A stretch of DNA of 54,184 nucleotides from Octopus bimaculoides (taxonomy: Eukaryota). The stretch lies in NCBI RefSeq assembly GCF_001194135.2, contig NC_068986.1, forward strand, positions 8,552,084 to 8,606,267, written 5' to 3'. Of the stretch, positions 12,581 to 25,301 are shown one piece after another. Made by a program: the position numbers and the translations under genes. The notes under the pieces are model-generated. The model saw nothing but the letters and a program-made list of their open reading frames with translations, did no database searches and had not been told where the DNA came from. Each line of letters opens with the position of its first letter. The first letter of the stretch is position 1.

Positions 12581-13119
12581 CTTGATGTCCATATCATATA
12601 AGGAATACTATATAAGCCAATTGTCTTCTAGAAACCTGTTTCACAATTGACCCACTTTCGTAATGTGAACGTAACGTCATAACATAACACCCTTTACGAT
12701 CTTCAGTCAATCCAGAATTTCACAAGAAGCACGCAAACTCTGTCCATTCTGAAGATTTTAAAGTCTCACTGCCATTCATTGAAACGGAACCAATTCAAAA
12801 TTGTCACTCTGCGAGACAATGCCAGGATATAGGGACGTGGAGGCTGGATATATCATTAGCTGCCAAACCAAACAACAAATATATGTAGTACACTGCGATG
12901 ACAGAAGTTATCTCGCTGTAGTTGGGAAACTACGGAAGGAGTAGCATGAGTTTTTGAAATATTGAATTGAAACGTTTGGAATGAGCAATTCTTTATCGAA
13001 AAACACATTAACTCTACCTGTTTAGCTCAGCAGCCATATCTCCCTTAGATAAGCCTTAATTATACGAGCAGTCGCAATCACTAGTTATGTCGATCATAGG
13101 ATAATATAAAGGCTTCCAG

Positions 13120-13580
13120 TCTCAATGATGACGAAACATCTAGAAATACACCAATGCAACACATCAGGGTGGTACCGGCGAAAACAATATATTTTAATGC
13201 TGAAAAATTTCAAACTCTTCGCTGTTATCCCTAACAAACGTTGGATCGAGAATAGATACGGCCAAGAATGATTGCAATCTTCGTCACAATCAGTAGGCAC
13301 CATTGGGAATTAAAATTAGAAATGAAGCATCATTATTATGTACATGTTACTAAGGTGGAAAGATTGTGTAGACGACTGGCAGAATAGATTCCAGTAGCAT
13401 TTGGGACAAAAGAAGAAACCAAATAAATTTTATGGAAGATGGTTATTGTCCGTCGTTGGGATTATTGCATCCAGCAATAAGGGCCACAATTGAATACTGA
13501 GCGAGGCAGTTGAGGGAACCCGACGTTAATTCGTTAAATAATTTGTGTCTACAACAAAAGGTTACTGGGAGAAGCTGAAA
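13120..13580 (+). mobile_element. CR1-type LINE RT C-terminal remnant
   Basis: FNAEKFQTLR, VHVTKVERLCRRLAE*IPVAFGTK, ILWKMVIVRRWDYC and GYWEKLK motifs across broken frames. Confidence 0.7.
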
Positions 13581-14449
13581 TACAGATAGACAGACAATCA
13601 GACAAACAGACATAAATGAGGGGAAACAGAAAATGGAGTTCATGAGATTCTTTATTAACCAAAACGATCGGTTAAATACATACATATATACGTACGTACA
13701 TATATACATACATACATACTGCGTACATACATAAATACGTACGTACATACATGCATACATACATAAATATATATATACGTACATACATGCATACATACTA
13801 CATACATACATAAATACATACATACGTACATAAATACATACATACTGCGTACATACATATGTATTACGTACATACATATATACATACATACATATATACA
13901 TACATATATACATGCATNNNNNNNNNNNNNNNNNNNNNNNNNNNNNNNNNNNNNNNNNNNNNNNNNNNNNNNNNNNNNNNNNNNNNNNNNNNNNNNNNNN
14001 NNNNNNNNNNNNNNNNNNNNNNNNNNNNNNNNNNNNNNNNNNNNNNNNNNNNNNNNNNNNNNNNNNNNNNNNNNNNNNNNNNNNNNNNNNNNNNNNNNNN
14101 NNNNNNNNNNNNNNNNNNNNNNNNNNNNNNNNNNNNNNNNNNNNNNNNNNNNNNNNNNNNNNNNNNNNNNNNNNNNNNNNNNNNNNNNNNNNNNNNNNNN
14201 NNNNNNNNNNNNNNNNNNNNNNNNNNNNNNNNNNNNNNNNNNNNNNNNNNNNNNNNNNNNNNNNNNNNNNNNNNNNNNNNNNNNNNNNNNNNNNNNNNNN
14301 NNNNNNNNNNNNNNNNNNNNNNNNNNNNNNNNNNNNNNNNNNNNNNNNNNNNNNNNNNNNNNNNNNNNNNNNNNNNNNNNCACACACACATACACACACA
14401 TACATACATACATATATATACATACATACATACATACATACATACATAC

Positions 14450-14560
14450 AAAAATACCCTGTTGTTGATGTTGAAATTCCAATGAAGGAGCCTTGGATCT
14501 AGGTTAGAAACCGGTTCTTTCTCTATTGGTAAGAAATCTTGAAATAAAACTGTACAATGA
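14450..14560 (+). mobile_element. ~100-bp (TACA)n-embedded element, copy 2 (most complete)
   Basis: aaaaataccctgttgttgatgttgaaattccaatgaaggagccttggatctaggttagaaaccggttctttctctattggtaagaaatcttgaaataaaactgtacaatga between TACA/CATA repeats. Confidence 0.8.
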
Positions 14561-14574
14561 CATACATGCATGTA

Positions 14575-14613
<39 letters not shown>

Positions 14614-14719
14614 GCACATGCATGTGTGTGTGTTGTGTGGAATATTTTTTAAGAGATTCCACCAAAGTTTGGTATTAAGGAACAAATCCACGAAGTAAAG
14701 TACCAGCAGTCTCCCTGAG

Positions 14720-14900
14720 TTTAGATTTAAGACCAGTTACTGGAATAGTTTGAGAATCAAAAGTCGAGATCTCTTTAATAACCTGTTAAAATCTCAAGAA
14801 TCATAAGAATTTAGTGGATATAAGCAGATTCAAACAATGCCTTGATATTCTGACGTCTACAATCTTGGATGATTCTAAATTTAAAACAAGAACCATATAC
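14720..14900 (+). mobile_element. CR1-type LINE 3' end remnant
   Basis: NSLRIKSRDLFNNL and VDISRFKQCLDILTSTILDD resemble the CR1 terminal NSFxxRGPxLFNxLP...FKxxLDxxLxxIPDEP. Confidence 0.6.
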
Positions 14901-16095
14901 AAGAACAGCTGTGTCCGTCGCATTACCAGCTACCGAAAGGAGACTGCAGTAGCATTGATTGCAAAACCCCAACAAAAGTGCAATAAAATGGCGGAAACTA
15001 ATAAATGAATGATACCAATAAATAGATATTGATAACATTCAAAGTACCATTTACATTAAATCGCTCTCGACATCTCCACAGAATGTGAATTTGGGGGTTT
15101 CGATTAACGATTTTAACCATTTTACTTCACTTACATCACAAATACCCTTGTAAAAGATATCTTATAACTCATTTCTTTTCACCCTTCTTATACTTTTCAT
15201 ATTAGATCGTCAGATCTGTCGCTATTTTAGCTGATCATTGCTTTTTAAAAATATACTTCAAACAAAAAATGTTTTCACTGCAGCATAAAAAGAATTTCTT
15301 TGAAAAATCTTCTTTTTGAAAGGACCCAATATTCTTCAGGAAGAAATAGCAACTTATAACATTTCTGCTTTTCTCAGGGGCATTAGTAATACGAAATGAA
15401 CCAAACATTCGAATGTAGGTCACAGTTTACATTCGCTAGTTGATGGCTATTTTTTCTTTACTTTTTCTGTTTTTCTTCTCCACCCATCGCCATAGTTTAT
15501 TTGAGAATATTCTGTATCATAAATGTATATTTAATGTGTAAATATTTATTACTGTTCGTCCTTAAATTACCGCACGACATTAATATAAGTAGGAAATATC
15601 TCACATTTGATCAAATTCTAGCAAGTTATGATCGCAATTCTATTTCTCGCTACTTGATTATTTGGCGGAGAACCAACTTTACAAAAAAGGGTTAAAATTC
15701 ATGAAGAAAAAATTAATTGCCGAAGGCAAATTATTAAATTATTGACACTCTGAGAAAGCACAAGAACCATCTAAACATCGCTGATATTAATAGATTTGAT
15801 GTCCAGAGTACGACTTTAAACTGTATCCGATAGTTGAGACCTTTTACGGCAGCTCCAGGATTTTCAGGCGTTTCGAACCACCTTTTAGCCCTTATTGTTC
15901 ATAGGTCTCCTCTGTTAGGGTCCAAGCTATGGGTTACCTACCACGTGAACCACTGGAAGTGAAGGACTCCAAATTCTCGCTCGAACTTCCTTCTAAAAGT
16001 TAAACTCGTATAAAAGAAAAAAATTAAAGTGAACTGGAAATTACTAATTACTAATTACTAATTATTAATTACAAAGTGAGATATTCAGCAACAGT

Positions 16096-16273
16096 ACTTT
16101 GTAGTAAAGATTGCTTGCCAACATAACATGGCAGTCCTTGTTCGAAAATACAAGGACACAGATCGTGTCGTATAGTCAGCTGGAGACGATGTCTCCTGAG
16201 GCTAAATTACAGCAACATTCGTCCTAAACCAGGACTGCCATGTTATGTTGGCAAACAATCTTTGCTATAAAGT
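16096..16273. mobile_element. 178-bp MITE/foldback with 47-bp TIRs
   Basis: 16096-16142 vs reverse complement of 16227-16273: 43/47 identity. Confidence 0.8.
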
Positions 16274-16496
16274 GAACTAGTTTCTGATGGCCTCCACCTC
16301 TGTTTGTGCCACTGAGTTTACAGCCTAACTATTAGGCCACGCGCCTTCGTGTGTATTGATCTATATCAATATAATGTGTGTGTTTGTGCACGTATGATTA
16401 CCAATAAATGTGTCTTTATGTATATTAATATATGTATCATGGTATGTATGAATGAATGTAAGAATAATCAAGTATCAATAGTTATGGCGATGGAAC

Positions 16497-16570
16497 CGGA
16501 TGTGTTTTGAGCAAAACCGATGAGAGTCTGACATCAATGTCTCACCAAACCAGGTGCTTAAGAACATCCG
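16497..16570 (+). other. Degenerate Penelope-type hammerhead-like hairpin
   Basis: ~15-bp closing stem (ggatgtgttttgagca/tgcttaagaacatcc) around ccgatga-gag...ctc-accaaaccagg; both conserved core boxes are mutated. Confidence 0.35.
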
Positions 16571-16624
16571 CCAGTGTATATGTGACTGAGTCGATCAGTA
16601 TATAAGTATACACACATACATATT

Positions 16625-16985
16625 ATTAGTTCATCCGTCGTTGCCGACGATGATCAAGGACATCACACAGGGGGTGGGGGAAGAAGACAGGACACAGTGT
16701 ATCCGGCTGTGGCCAGTCAGTCCGATGCGAGCTCGGAAGAATCTTCCATTGGTCGGGAACTGGTGGTATGTTGGGATTGAAGGCAAGGAATTAGCTCTCG
16801 ACTTGCGTAGTTCGGGTTTTCTTTGTGCCCCTGCAATACTGTTCGTAGGACGTTGAACCCATGTTGATGCAGCTTCACCAGGCAGGGTAGTCTTGTGCTT
16901 GTGTTTCCCAGCAGTCAATGTTTTTCTCAAAGCTCTTCACAGGGACATTAAATGTGCCCTGGAAACGCTTTCCCTGTACACATCC
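16625..16985 (-). mobile_element. RTE-clade LINE 3' end
   Basis: GKRFQGTFNVPVKSFEKNIDCWETQAQDYPAW, then RKPELRKSRANSLPSIPTYHQFPTNGRFFRARIGLTGHSRIH (decayed C2H2 finger), and a terminal cgtcg-N4-cgacg hairpin. Confidence 0.85.
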
Positions 16986-16989
16986 TCAA

Positions 16990-17110
16990 GTATGACGTCT
17001 TGCAATTTCTCCTTTGGCTTCTTCCTCTCTATCACTTCGTAGATGACTCTTCATGCCAGCTTTCGACTTTGCCACACATTTTGCCCTTCAAACCAATTTG
17101 CTGGCCATAT
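16990..17110 (-). mobile_element. Second RTE-type C-terminal zinc-finger fragment
   Basis: KMCGK/[fs]SKAGMKSHLRS, resembling the finger near 44030-44090. Confidence 0.5.
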
Positions 17111-17362
17111 TGCATACATACATTCATTATATAGATGTACGTGCGCGTCCCACACAAAATCTCAACATTATCAATACTCAACTGTGTTGAAAATACGTAG
17201 AATTTGCAAGAAGTGTGTCCTGGTAAAGCAGACTCACATTTGTTTCAGCGATTTGTGTGCGGCGACAATGGATTGGGAAATGAATAATCCTTTATGAAGA
17301 TACAAAGACACACACACACACGTGTGTATGTGTGTGTATACATGCATATATATATATATATT

Positions 17363-17393
<31 letters not shown>

Positions 17394-17523
17394 ATATATA
17401 TACATAAATATATACATATATACATATATATGTGTGTGTCTCTCTCTGTATATGAATGTGTGTGTGTGTATATATATATATATACACATACATACACATA
17501 TATATGTATATATATACTTACGT

Positions 17524-17560
<37 letters not shown>

Positions 17561-17565
17561 CATGC

Positions 17566-17805
17566 ATGGCCGTGTGGTCAAGAGCTCGCTTTGCAAGCAA
17601 GCAGATGGAAACTGTGTCGATGCCCATCAAAGATATATGTGTCTATGCGTGCTCGACAACAGGAGTCATTTCTGTTTACCTCCCCACCCCATGTAACTTA
17701 ACGGTTCGTTAAAATATACCAAACAAATAAATAGCAGACTTCAATAAAGTAACGCAGTCGACTTGTCTGATTAAATTCTTCATGGCGTTACTCCAGCATG
17801 GCCAC
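17566..17805 (+). mobile_element. Degenerate, internally deleted tRNA-derived SINE
   Basis: Head catggccgtgtggtcaagagctcgctt, gatggaaactg segment shared with 24395-24510, tail ...ctccagcatggccaca shared with 43695-43835. Confidence 0.55.
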
Positions 17806-17944
17806 ACACCCACACACCAATGACGAAAACAAATAAAAGATAGATGTATGAATCATAGAGAGATAAGTATATGCATGTATATACACATTCACACATACAC
17901 ATACACGCTTACTTACATATATACGCATACATATATACAAGCAC

Positions 17945-17979
17945 CATTGGAATTTCAGCAACATCAACAGAGTATTTTT
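17945..17979 (-). mobile_element. (TACA)n-embedded element, copy 3 (5' part only)
   Basis: aaaaatactctgttgatgttgctgaaattccaatg directly after (TACA)n on the minus strand. Confidence 0.65.
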
Positions 17980-20079
17980 GTATGTATGTATGTATGTTTG
18001 TGTGCAGGTTTGTATGCTTTGTTTTATGTATGTCTTCTCATGCATATACTTCCATATCTAGACCTGCTCATATATACTTAAATGATAAACTTTCTGGAAA
18101 GTTTTACAGAAGCTTACAGAACCAATGATGGCTTGAATTTGTAGTCTTCGAATCAGCTTTCTCCTTTCTGGTTTTGAGAAGCCAAATTTCTTAAGATTAG
18201 TACTTAGGCAGTGTGTTACATATCCAAGTGCCCTAATAATTACATATATATATGCCCTAATACATATATATATATATATATATATACCCAACCTGTAATC
18301 TAGAAAGAGTAACTGCAAATTTCTTAATAGTTCAGCAGAAGTATTTTCTTTTATGTGCATATGTATGGGCATATNNNNNNNNNNNNNNNNNNNNNNNNNN
18401 NNNNNNNNNNNNNNNNNNNNNNNNNNNNNNNNNNNNNNNNNNNNNNNNNNNNNNNNNNNNNNNNNNNNNNNNNNNNNNNNNNNNNNNNNNNNNNNNNNNN
18501 NNNNNNNNNNNNNNNNNNNNNNNNNNNNNNNNNNNNNNNNNNNNNNNNNNNNNNNNNNNNNNNNNNNNNNNNNNNNNNNNNNNNNNNNNNNNNNNNNNNN
18601 NNNNNNNNNNNNNNNNNNNNNNNNNNNNNNNNATATATATATATATATATATATAGGGAGAGAGAATGAGAAAGAGATAGATAGATAGATAGATAGATAC
18701 ATACATACATACATACATACATACATACATACATACATACATTCATACATACATACATATGTGTGTATATGTATGTATGTATATATGTATGTATGTATTC
18801 GGATCTCAATTATATATTTATTATGTAAAACAGAAAAAATAGAACGAGTTTTCCCACAGACTCAATTCTCGTATATGTTATGTTCCGCTCTACTGCTCTG
18901 TTGATGGCACTAAAGACAGCCACCAACCATCGCATCCACTGAAATTTCGGTTGTGGTGAGGTGGAAGGTTAGTGCTTAACCGTAAAATGTTTATAAAGCT
19001 TAAATTTTGATATAGAAACATTTATGAATAATATCATTGCTCATAAATGTCTTATTTTGTATTTAGGTCGTAATTGCTAGCTTATTACTCATAATTAGGT
19101 ATAGGAAGAAAAATATGTTTGTATATATGATTGTGTGTGTGTGTCTGTGTCTGTGTGTGTTTGCATGATGGACGGTTGAATGCATGTTGATATACATGTA
19201 GTCATAGAGAGAGAGAGAGAAAGACAGAGGAAGAAAGAGAGAGAAAAAGAATGAGAGTGGCAGACAGGCAGAAAATTAGTCAAAAAGTAATCTATAAATT
19301 GTCAAGTTGTTGATGGATGGTGCCAAATCCAGCCGTGACTGTCTCATTTTAGAGAATAATGCATTTAGGACTACCTTATCAAACGTATAATTTTTCGTTA
19401 AGGTGACAAAATGCAATTTGAAGCTGAACAGGTTGGAGAAGAATCTAGTAAGAAAGAGACAAGTGTTTTTATCGTAGAATTTATAAATTCACTATATTCT
19501 TCCCAATTTCCAGATATGCCGGGAGCATGAAGCAGAATGTCGTCTGCTTTGCGTAGGAAGAAGGGTCTTCAAACATATTCTTAAACTGTTCTATGTAACT
19601 AAAATAATTCCTTACGAATCGACACAGCAGTTAAAACTACGACACCATACTTTTAAAAGTACTCTCTTACCTGAGCCAATGTTCTCGAGGAACATTAGGA
19701 GATAATAGAAAAACAAGGATGGGTGTCAAAATTCTGACACGAAAACAAACAACCTTTAAATAACCTGCTACAAAAATAGAATTCCGGCTGCAATAGCAAT
19801 CAATTTTTGGTGTGACTTTCGCTAATGTGGGGGGTACCCAACTCTTTACCAAATACGTTTTAAGGATCTGAACCTGATTCCGGTCGTTGAGTAACGGACA
19901 CGGAACGGTTAACTTGGAGTATCAACAAACACAAGAGATTGATTCGTGAAAATAAATACATATGTATGTGTGGGTGTGTCGATGTGCTCGTACACATTTA
20001 CGTGCATAGAGAAGCATATATGCATGTATGTATATACATAAATCCGTAAATATATATATATATATATATATATATACTA

Positions 20080-21240
20080 CAGTCTGTCAAAAAAAAAACT
20101 GAATGTGCACTTTTAACCGCTGCTAACTCAATTAACTCTGATTTCCTTTTCGATTTAACTCATTAGAAATAATGAGGGAACTGGGCTAAGTTTTAAAGGA
20201 ATTTAAACTTAAAGTGTTGCGGGAAGAGTGTAAATGCAGTCAAAGTGAAAGACTGTTTAGGAGGGAGTTTTAAGTAGATCCATTTATGTGGCTTTCTCTC
20301 ACCCGAAGTAGATGGAACTGTTCAGAATGTCCACAAGGAAGATTTCAGAAAACCATAAAGGAAGAAATGATAATAGAAACGTATTTCCGAGAATTCAAGG
20401 AAATCTCTGTAGCCAGCGCGTCGTAGAATAGGAATATCAGACTCTGTCATTGGAAATGATGCATTCGGAGAATAATTCATACTCTCAATGAAAAGAATCC
20501 AAACGGATGAGAGGAGCTTTGCGGTTGGTCCTTGATAAGATGTGTAGAAGATGCAGCACGCTTTCCAACAGACATTGTTTGGAGTGATAAGGCTACGTTC
20601 AAACTATATAACACAAATTGCACTGAATTAATTAATCTGCATATTACGGAGAAACATCATGTTAATTTACCAGGTGTTACGCTATGATGCGACTTATCAT
20701 GAAAGGGATTAACTCGAACATTCTGTTTTGACGGTACTGCGACTGGTCCCGTTTATTTGTACTTGCTGCAACAGTCTGTCTTGCCAAGTAGTCAAGGGAA
20801 CTTTGAAGAGGTAGAGATTCCTTTTCAGCAAGTCGGGACACGAACATAGTAAGGGCCTCCATAATGAGATTTTGGTAAGAATGAAGATTTCAAGAAGAGG
20901 GTCAATAGAATGCCCTGCGCATTTACTAGTCCTCACAACATTACAGTTTTTATAGAGGTACACAAACGATAAAATTTATTGTACAAAACAGGCAACAGCT
21001 GGCGGATAACGGGCAGCTGTTGAACGGGAATGAGCACTTCTACCGAACGAAATGTTTCTTGGTGTTTGCGATTCCAAAGCTCGAAAAGAAAACTGGATCA
21101 GAGCAATCACAGTTTGGTTCGCAAAATAATTAAATTCTGTCGAGAGAATTTATTAAATTTTGAAATTGAAATGTATTTTGATAAACAAGTCTTTTATAAT
21201 CATTCAATGTGTTTATATAATTTTTCCGTGCGACACTCTG
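20080..21240 (+). mobile_element. Degenerate rosa/Visitor (DD41D-type) Tc1/mariner transposon
   Basis: [54 protein letters not shown] and ISRRGSIECP motifs; termini TA|cagtctgtc...gacactctg|TA; family assigned by motif likeness because the catalytic spacing is too decayed to count. Confidence 0.7.
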
Positions 21241-21243
21241 TAG

Positions 21244-21310
<67 letters not shown>

Positions 21311-21431
21311 AAGTGAGAGACAGACAGACAGAGAGACAGACAGAGAGACAGACAGAGAGAGACAGACACAGAGAGAGAGACACCGAGAGAGAGACACAGA
21401 CAGACAGACAGACAGAATTCGATAGATAGAT

Positions 21432-21474
<43 letters not shown>

Positions 21475-21632
21475 AAAAAAGAGAGAGAGAGAAAGAGAGA
21501 GACAGACAGACAGAGAGAGACACACACAGAGAGAGACAGAGAGAGACACACACACAGAGAGAGAGACACAGAGAGAGAGACACAGAGAGAGAGAGACAGA
21601 CAGACAGAGAGAATTCGATAGATAGATAGATT

Positions 21633-21690
<58 letters not shown>
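21241..21690 (+). repeat. Compound (GATA)/(GA)/(GACA) microsatellite with internal ~200-bp duplication
   Basis: Anchor agaattcgatagatagata..ttgagagag occurs at ~21414 and ~21610. Confidence 0.9.
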
Positions 21691-21691
21691 T

Positions 21692-22155
21692 AACTTTCTT
21701 TATTGGCCACCTAGGGCTGAACACAGAAGGGACAAATACAAATGTAGAACTTTTCTTTTCGCAAATAAAAAAAAGGAGGAAAAATAAGAAAGAAAGTAAA
21801 ATTCCGATCAAAAGGGATCGGGAAAAAAAACCCATCAAAATGGATCGTGTATCACAGAAGAGTTTTAAAAATGTGAAAAGTAAGATTAAGTTTATCCGTG
21901 GAAAGAAAAGCCTACGGAAAAGACCACGGTATCCTCGCGCAGGGAGGGAATAAACACGAGTGCAAAATACTTTCTCTCTCTATTTTTTCGATTTACAGGA
22001 TCATGCTCAAAGTTGTTTCCTCACTCGAACCCACCATCTTTGCTACATTCTCCCACCTTTTTTTGAAACTTTCACGAGACAAAACCTGCCTCTCCATTCT
22101 CACCTTCCTTTTCAAGTAGTACTTGAAAAAGTTAATGAGCGATTGACCTGAGAGG
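21692..22155 (-). mobile_element. Tx1/L1-like LINE 3' end (ORF2 C-terminus + 3'UTR)
   Basis: SGQSLINFFKYYLKRKVRMERQVLSRESFKKRWENVAKMV...* (ER...F..RW terminal motif), pyrimidine-rich UTR, AATAAA, then runs into (TCTG)n. Confidence 0.6.
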
Positions 22156-22923
22156 TATGTGTTTGTCTNNNNNNNNNNNNNNNNNNNNNNNNNNNNNNNN
22201 NNNNNNNNNNNNNNNNNNNNNNNNNNNNNNNNNNNNNNNNNNNNNNNNNNNNNNNNNNNNNNNNNNNNNNNNNNNNNNNNNNNNNNNNNNNNNNNNNNNN
22301 NNNNNNNNNNNNNNNNNNNNNNNNNNNNNNNNNNNNNNNNNNNNNNNNNNNNNNNNNNNNNNNNNNNNNNNNNNNNNNNNNNNNNNNNNNNNNNNNNNNN
22401 NNNNNNNNNNNNNNNNNNNNNNNNNNNNNNNNNNNNNNNNNNNNNNNNNNNNNNNNNNNNNNNNNNNNNNNNNNNNNNNNNNNNNNNNNNNNNNNNNNNN
22501 NNNNNNNNNNNNNNNNNNNNNNNNNNNNNNNNNNNNNNNNNNNNNNNNNNNNNNNNNNNNNNNNNNNNNNNNNNNNNNNNNNNNNNNNNNNNNNNNNNNN
22601 NNNNNNNNNNNNNNNNNNNNNNNNNNNNNNNNNNNNNNNNNNNNNNNNNNNNNNNNNNNNNNNNNNNNNNNNNNNNNNNNNNNNNNNNNNNNNNNNNNNN
22701 NNNNNNNNNNNNNNNNNNNNNNNNNNNNNNNNNNNNNNNNNNNNNNNNNNNNNNNNNNNNNNNNNNNNNNNNNNNNNNNNNNNNNNNNNNNNNNNNNNNN
22801 NNNNNNNNNNNNNNNNNNNNNNNNNNNNNNNNNNNNNNNNNNNNNNNNNNNNNNNNNNNNNNNNNNNNNNNNNNNNNNNNNNNNNNNNNNNNNNNNNNNN
22901 NNNNNNNNNNNNNNNNNNNNNNN

Positions 22924-22956
<33 letters not shown>

Positions 22957-22976
22957 TCTATCTATCCTGCAAAGAA

Positions 22977-23290
22977 ATGCTTACAAACAATGAAGTCACC
23001 ATTCAATTACAGACACCTGAAAACATCACAAAAATATCTAAAAAAAAAACAACAATCATTTACAAGACACTCAACGCGAAAACAAAAGTACATGAAACAG
23101 CCACTCATGAAAATGTGGGAAAATGTTTAAGGCCGATACGGACCTTTAAAGACTACATAACGAGGGAAAACAGGTTTGTGACGATCGAAGTAAGATTCGA
23201 CAGCGAAGAGCGAGCCAAGGATCTCTCCACAAGGTACTTTCAACATGAAAATCTCCTCCTGATCCCTACATATCTGGGTGGTAGGGTGAA
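22977..23290 (+). mobile_element. Probable LINE ORF1 (RRM-like) fragment
   Basis: Open frame ...TIIYKTLNAKTKV...YITRENRFVTIEVRFDSEERAKDLST...LLLIPTYLG, resembling retroelement ORF1 N-termini by recall; no splice signals recognised. Confidence 0.35.
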
Positions 23291-23470
23291 TATACAATTG
23301 CTTATAAATGCAGACATGTAAGCATAATTTATTCTACACTGAAATTATTATTAGATGAAGAAGGTTGCGAAACGACCGTAACCCTAAGGATAACATGTGG
23401 TTAAATATATATATTCACATCTCATACCTTCCGATTTTTTTATGCTTTACACACACACACACACGGGCGG

Positions 23471-23574
<104 letters not shown>

Positions 23575-24394
23575 GCATATATGTACATAGTGTCTATGTG
23601 TGTGTCTATGTGTGTGTATCTATGTGTGTGTACATATATACCTGTACATGCATATGTGTGTGAATGTGTTTGAATAATTCTAAACCCCAACAGGCCCAAC
23701 CAAATTGATTAAATGTTTACCGATCGTTGAAGTATGGTCTATATTTAACAATCAGACGAGGGCCACTGAAATCTATAAATTTATTTGCCTGAGAAAATAT
23801 TATGAATAACTGGCATCATTGAAATTATGCTTTTTTCACCTCCAGACACAATTTTATTGGATTTATAACATGAAAGATAATTTAAATTTAGAAGAAATAA
23901 CAAGATCAATCTAAATCATGTTTACATTTTATTTATCTGGTTTCGTTTTTGTTTTCTAGTTAGAAATATCTTGTTTTCTATTTGTGTTTGCACATCATGT
24001 CGGAAATATTGTATAGCAACTTTACAACGGACAGCAAGAGTTCTAACGTGTTCTTCACATTTTACATGAAGACGGCCAGGATTTACTTTTATTCATTGAT
24101 TCTTTGGCACATTTTTTACATATGCTCAAGTTCTCACATATAAATAAATAAATAAATGAATATATATATATATATATTATATCGGCGCAGATAAGGTGGC
24201 GAGTTGGCGAAATCGGTCGAAGAGACGGAAAGTGTAGAGACCAGGTTTCAAAAATAAGTATTGAAGTCGATTCGCTCGATGATTCTTCTATGTGTTGCTC
24301 CAGCGTGGTCGTAGTCAAACCACTGAAACAAGTAATATATAAAAGGTAATATGTATAGGTGTACCTGTATAGTAATAAGTTTACTTTCCAACCA

Positions 24395-24510
24395 CATTTT
24401 TCTGAGTTTCAATCCCAATGCGTGGCATCTTGGGCAAATGTCTTCTGCTATAGCTCCGGGCCGACCAGTTTTGTAAGTGGATTTGGTAGATGGAAACTGA
24501 AAGAAGCGCA
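24395..24510 (+). mobile_element. tRNA-derived SINE (family ending ggaaactgaaagaagccc-microsatellite)
   Basis: Aligns to the reverse complements of 44355-44515 and 45702-45857; ends in (GACA)/(GATA)n. Confidence 0.75.
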
Positions 24511-24513
24511 TAT

Positions 24514-24548
<35 letters not shown>

Positions 24549-24557
24549 TAGACAGAC

Positions 24558-24707
<150 letters not shown>

Positions 24708-24920
24708 TCGTAATGACAGGTGTGAAGTGAAATGTCTACAAGTGGGAATCGAAAGTCAGCCTCAAGGAAAGCGTTTTGGAAGTTTTCCACGAAGAGAAAA
24801 CCGGAAAATATTTGATCTCAGTTCTTTAAGGAACCGGAAGGAAGACAGACAAAACTGACCTCCAAGGCGAACATTGGATTTCGCCTTCGGACAATTGGAC
24901 AAAATCATTGCTTGTTTATG

Positions 24921-25006
<86 letters not shown>

Positions 25007-25167
25007 CTGTGTATGGTTGTGCATGTGATTGCGTGTGTGAGATTGCGTATCTGCGTGACATTGTGTACCTGTGTGTGTGTGTGTTTTTCTGATTGTGAGT
25101 TTGTGTGTGTCATTGTGTATGTATGTGCACCGTGTCTGCACGCGCACGTATGTGTGTGTGTGTGTTT

Positions 25168-25301
<134 letters not shown>

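Noticed and set aside
19671-19733. 63-nt minus-strand AG/GTAAG-bounded segment ILTPILVFLLSPNVPREHWL
   Set aside because: Isolated and unrecognised; cannot be linked to other exons
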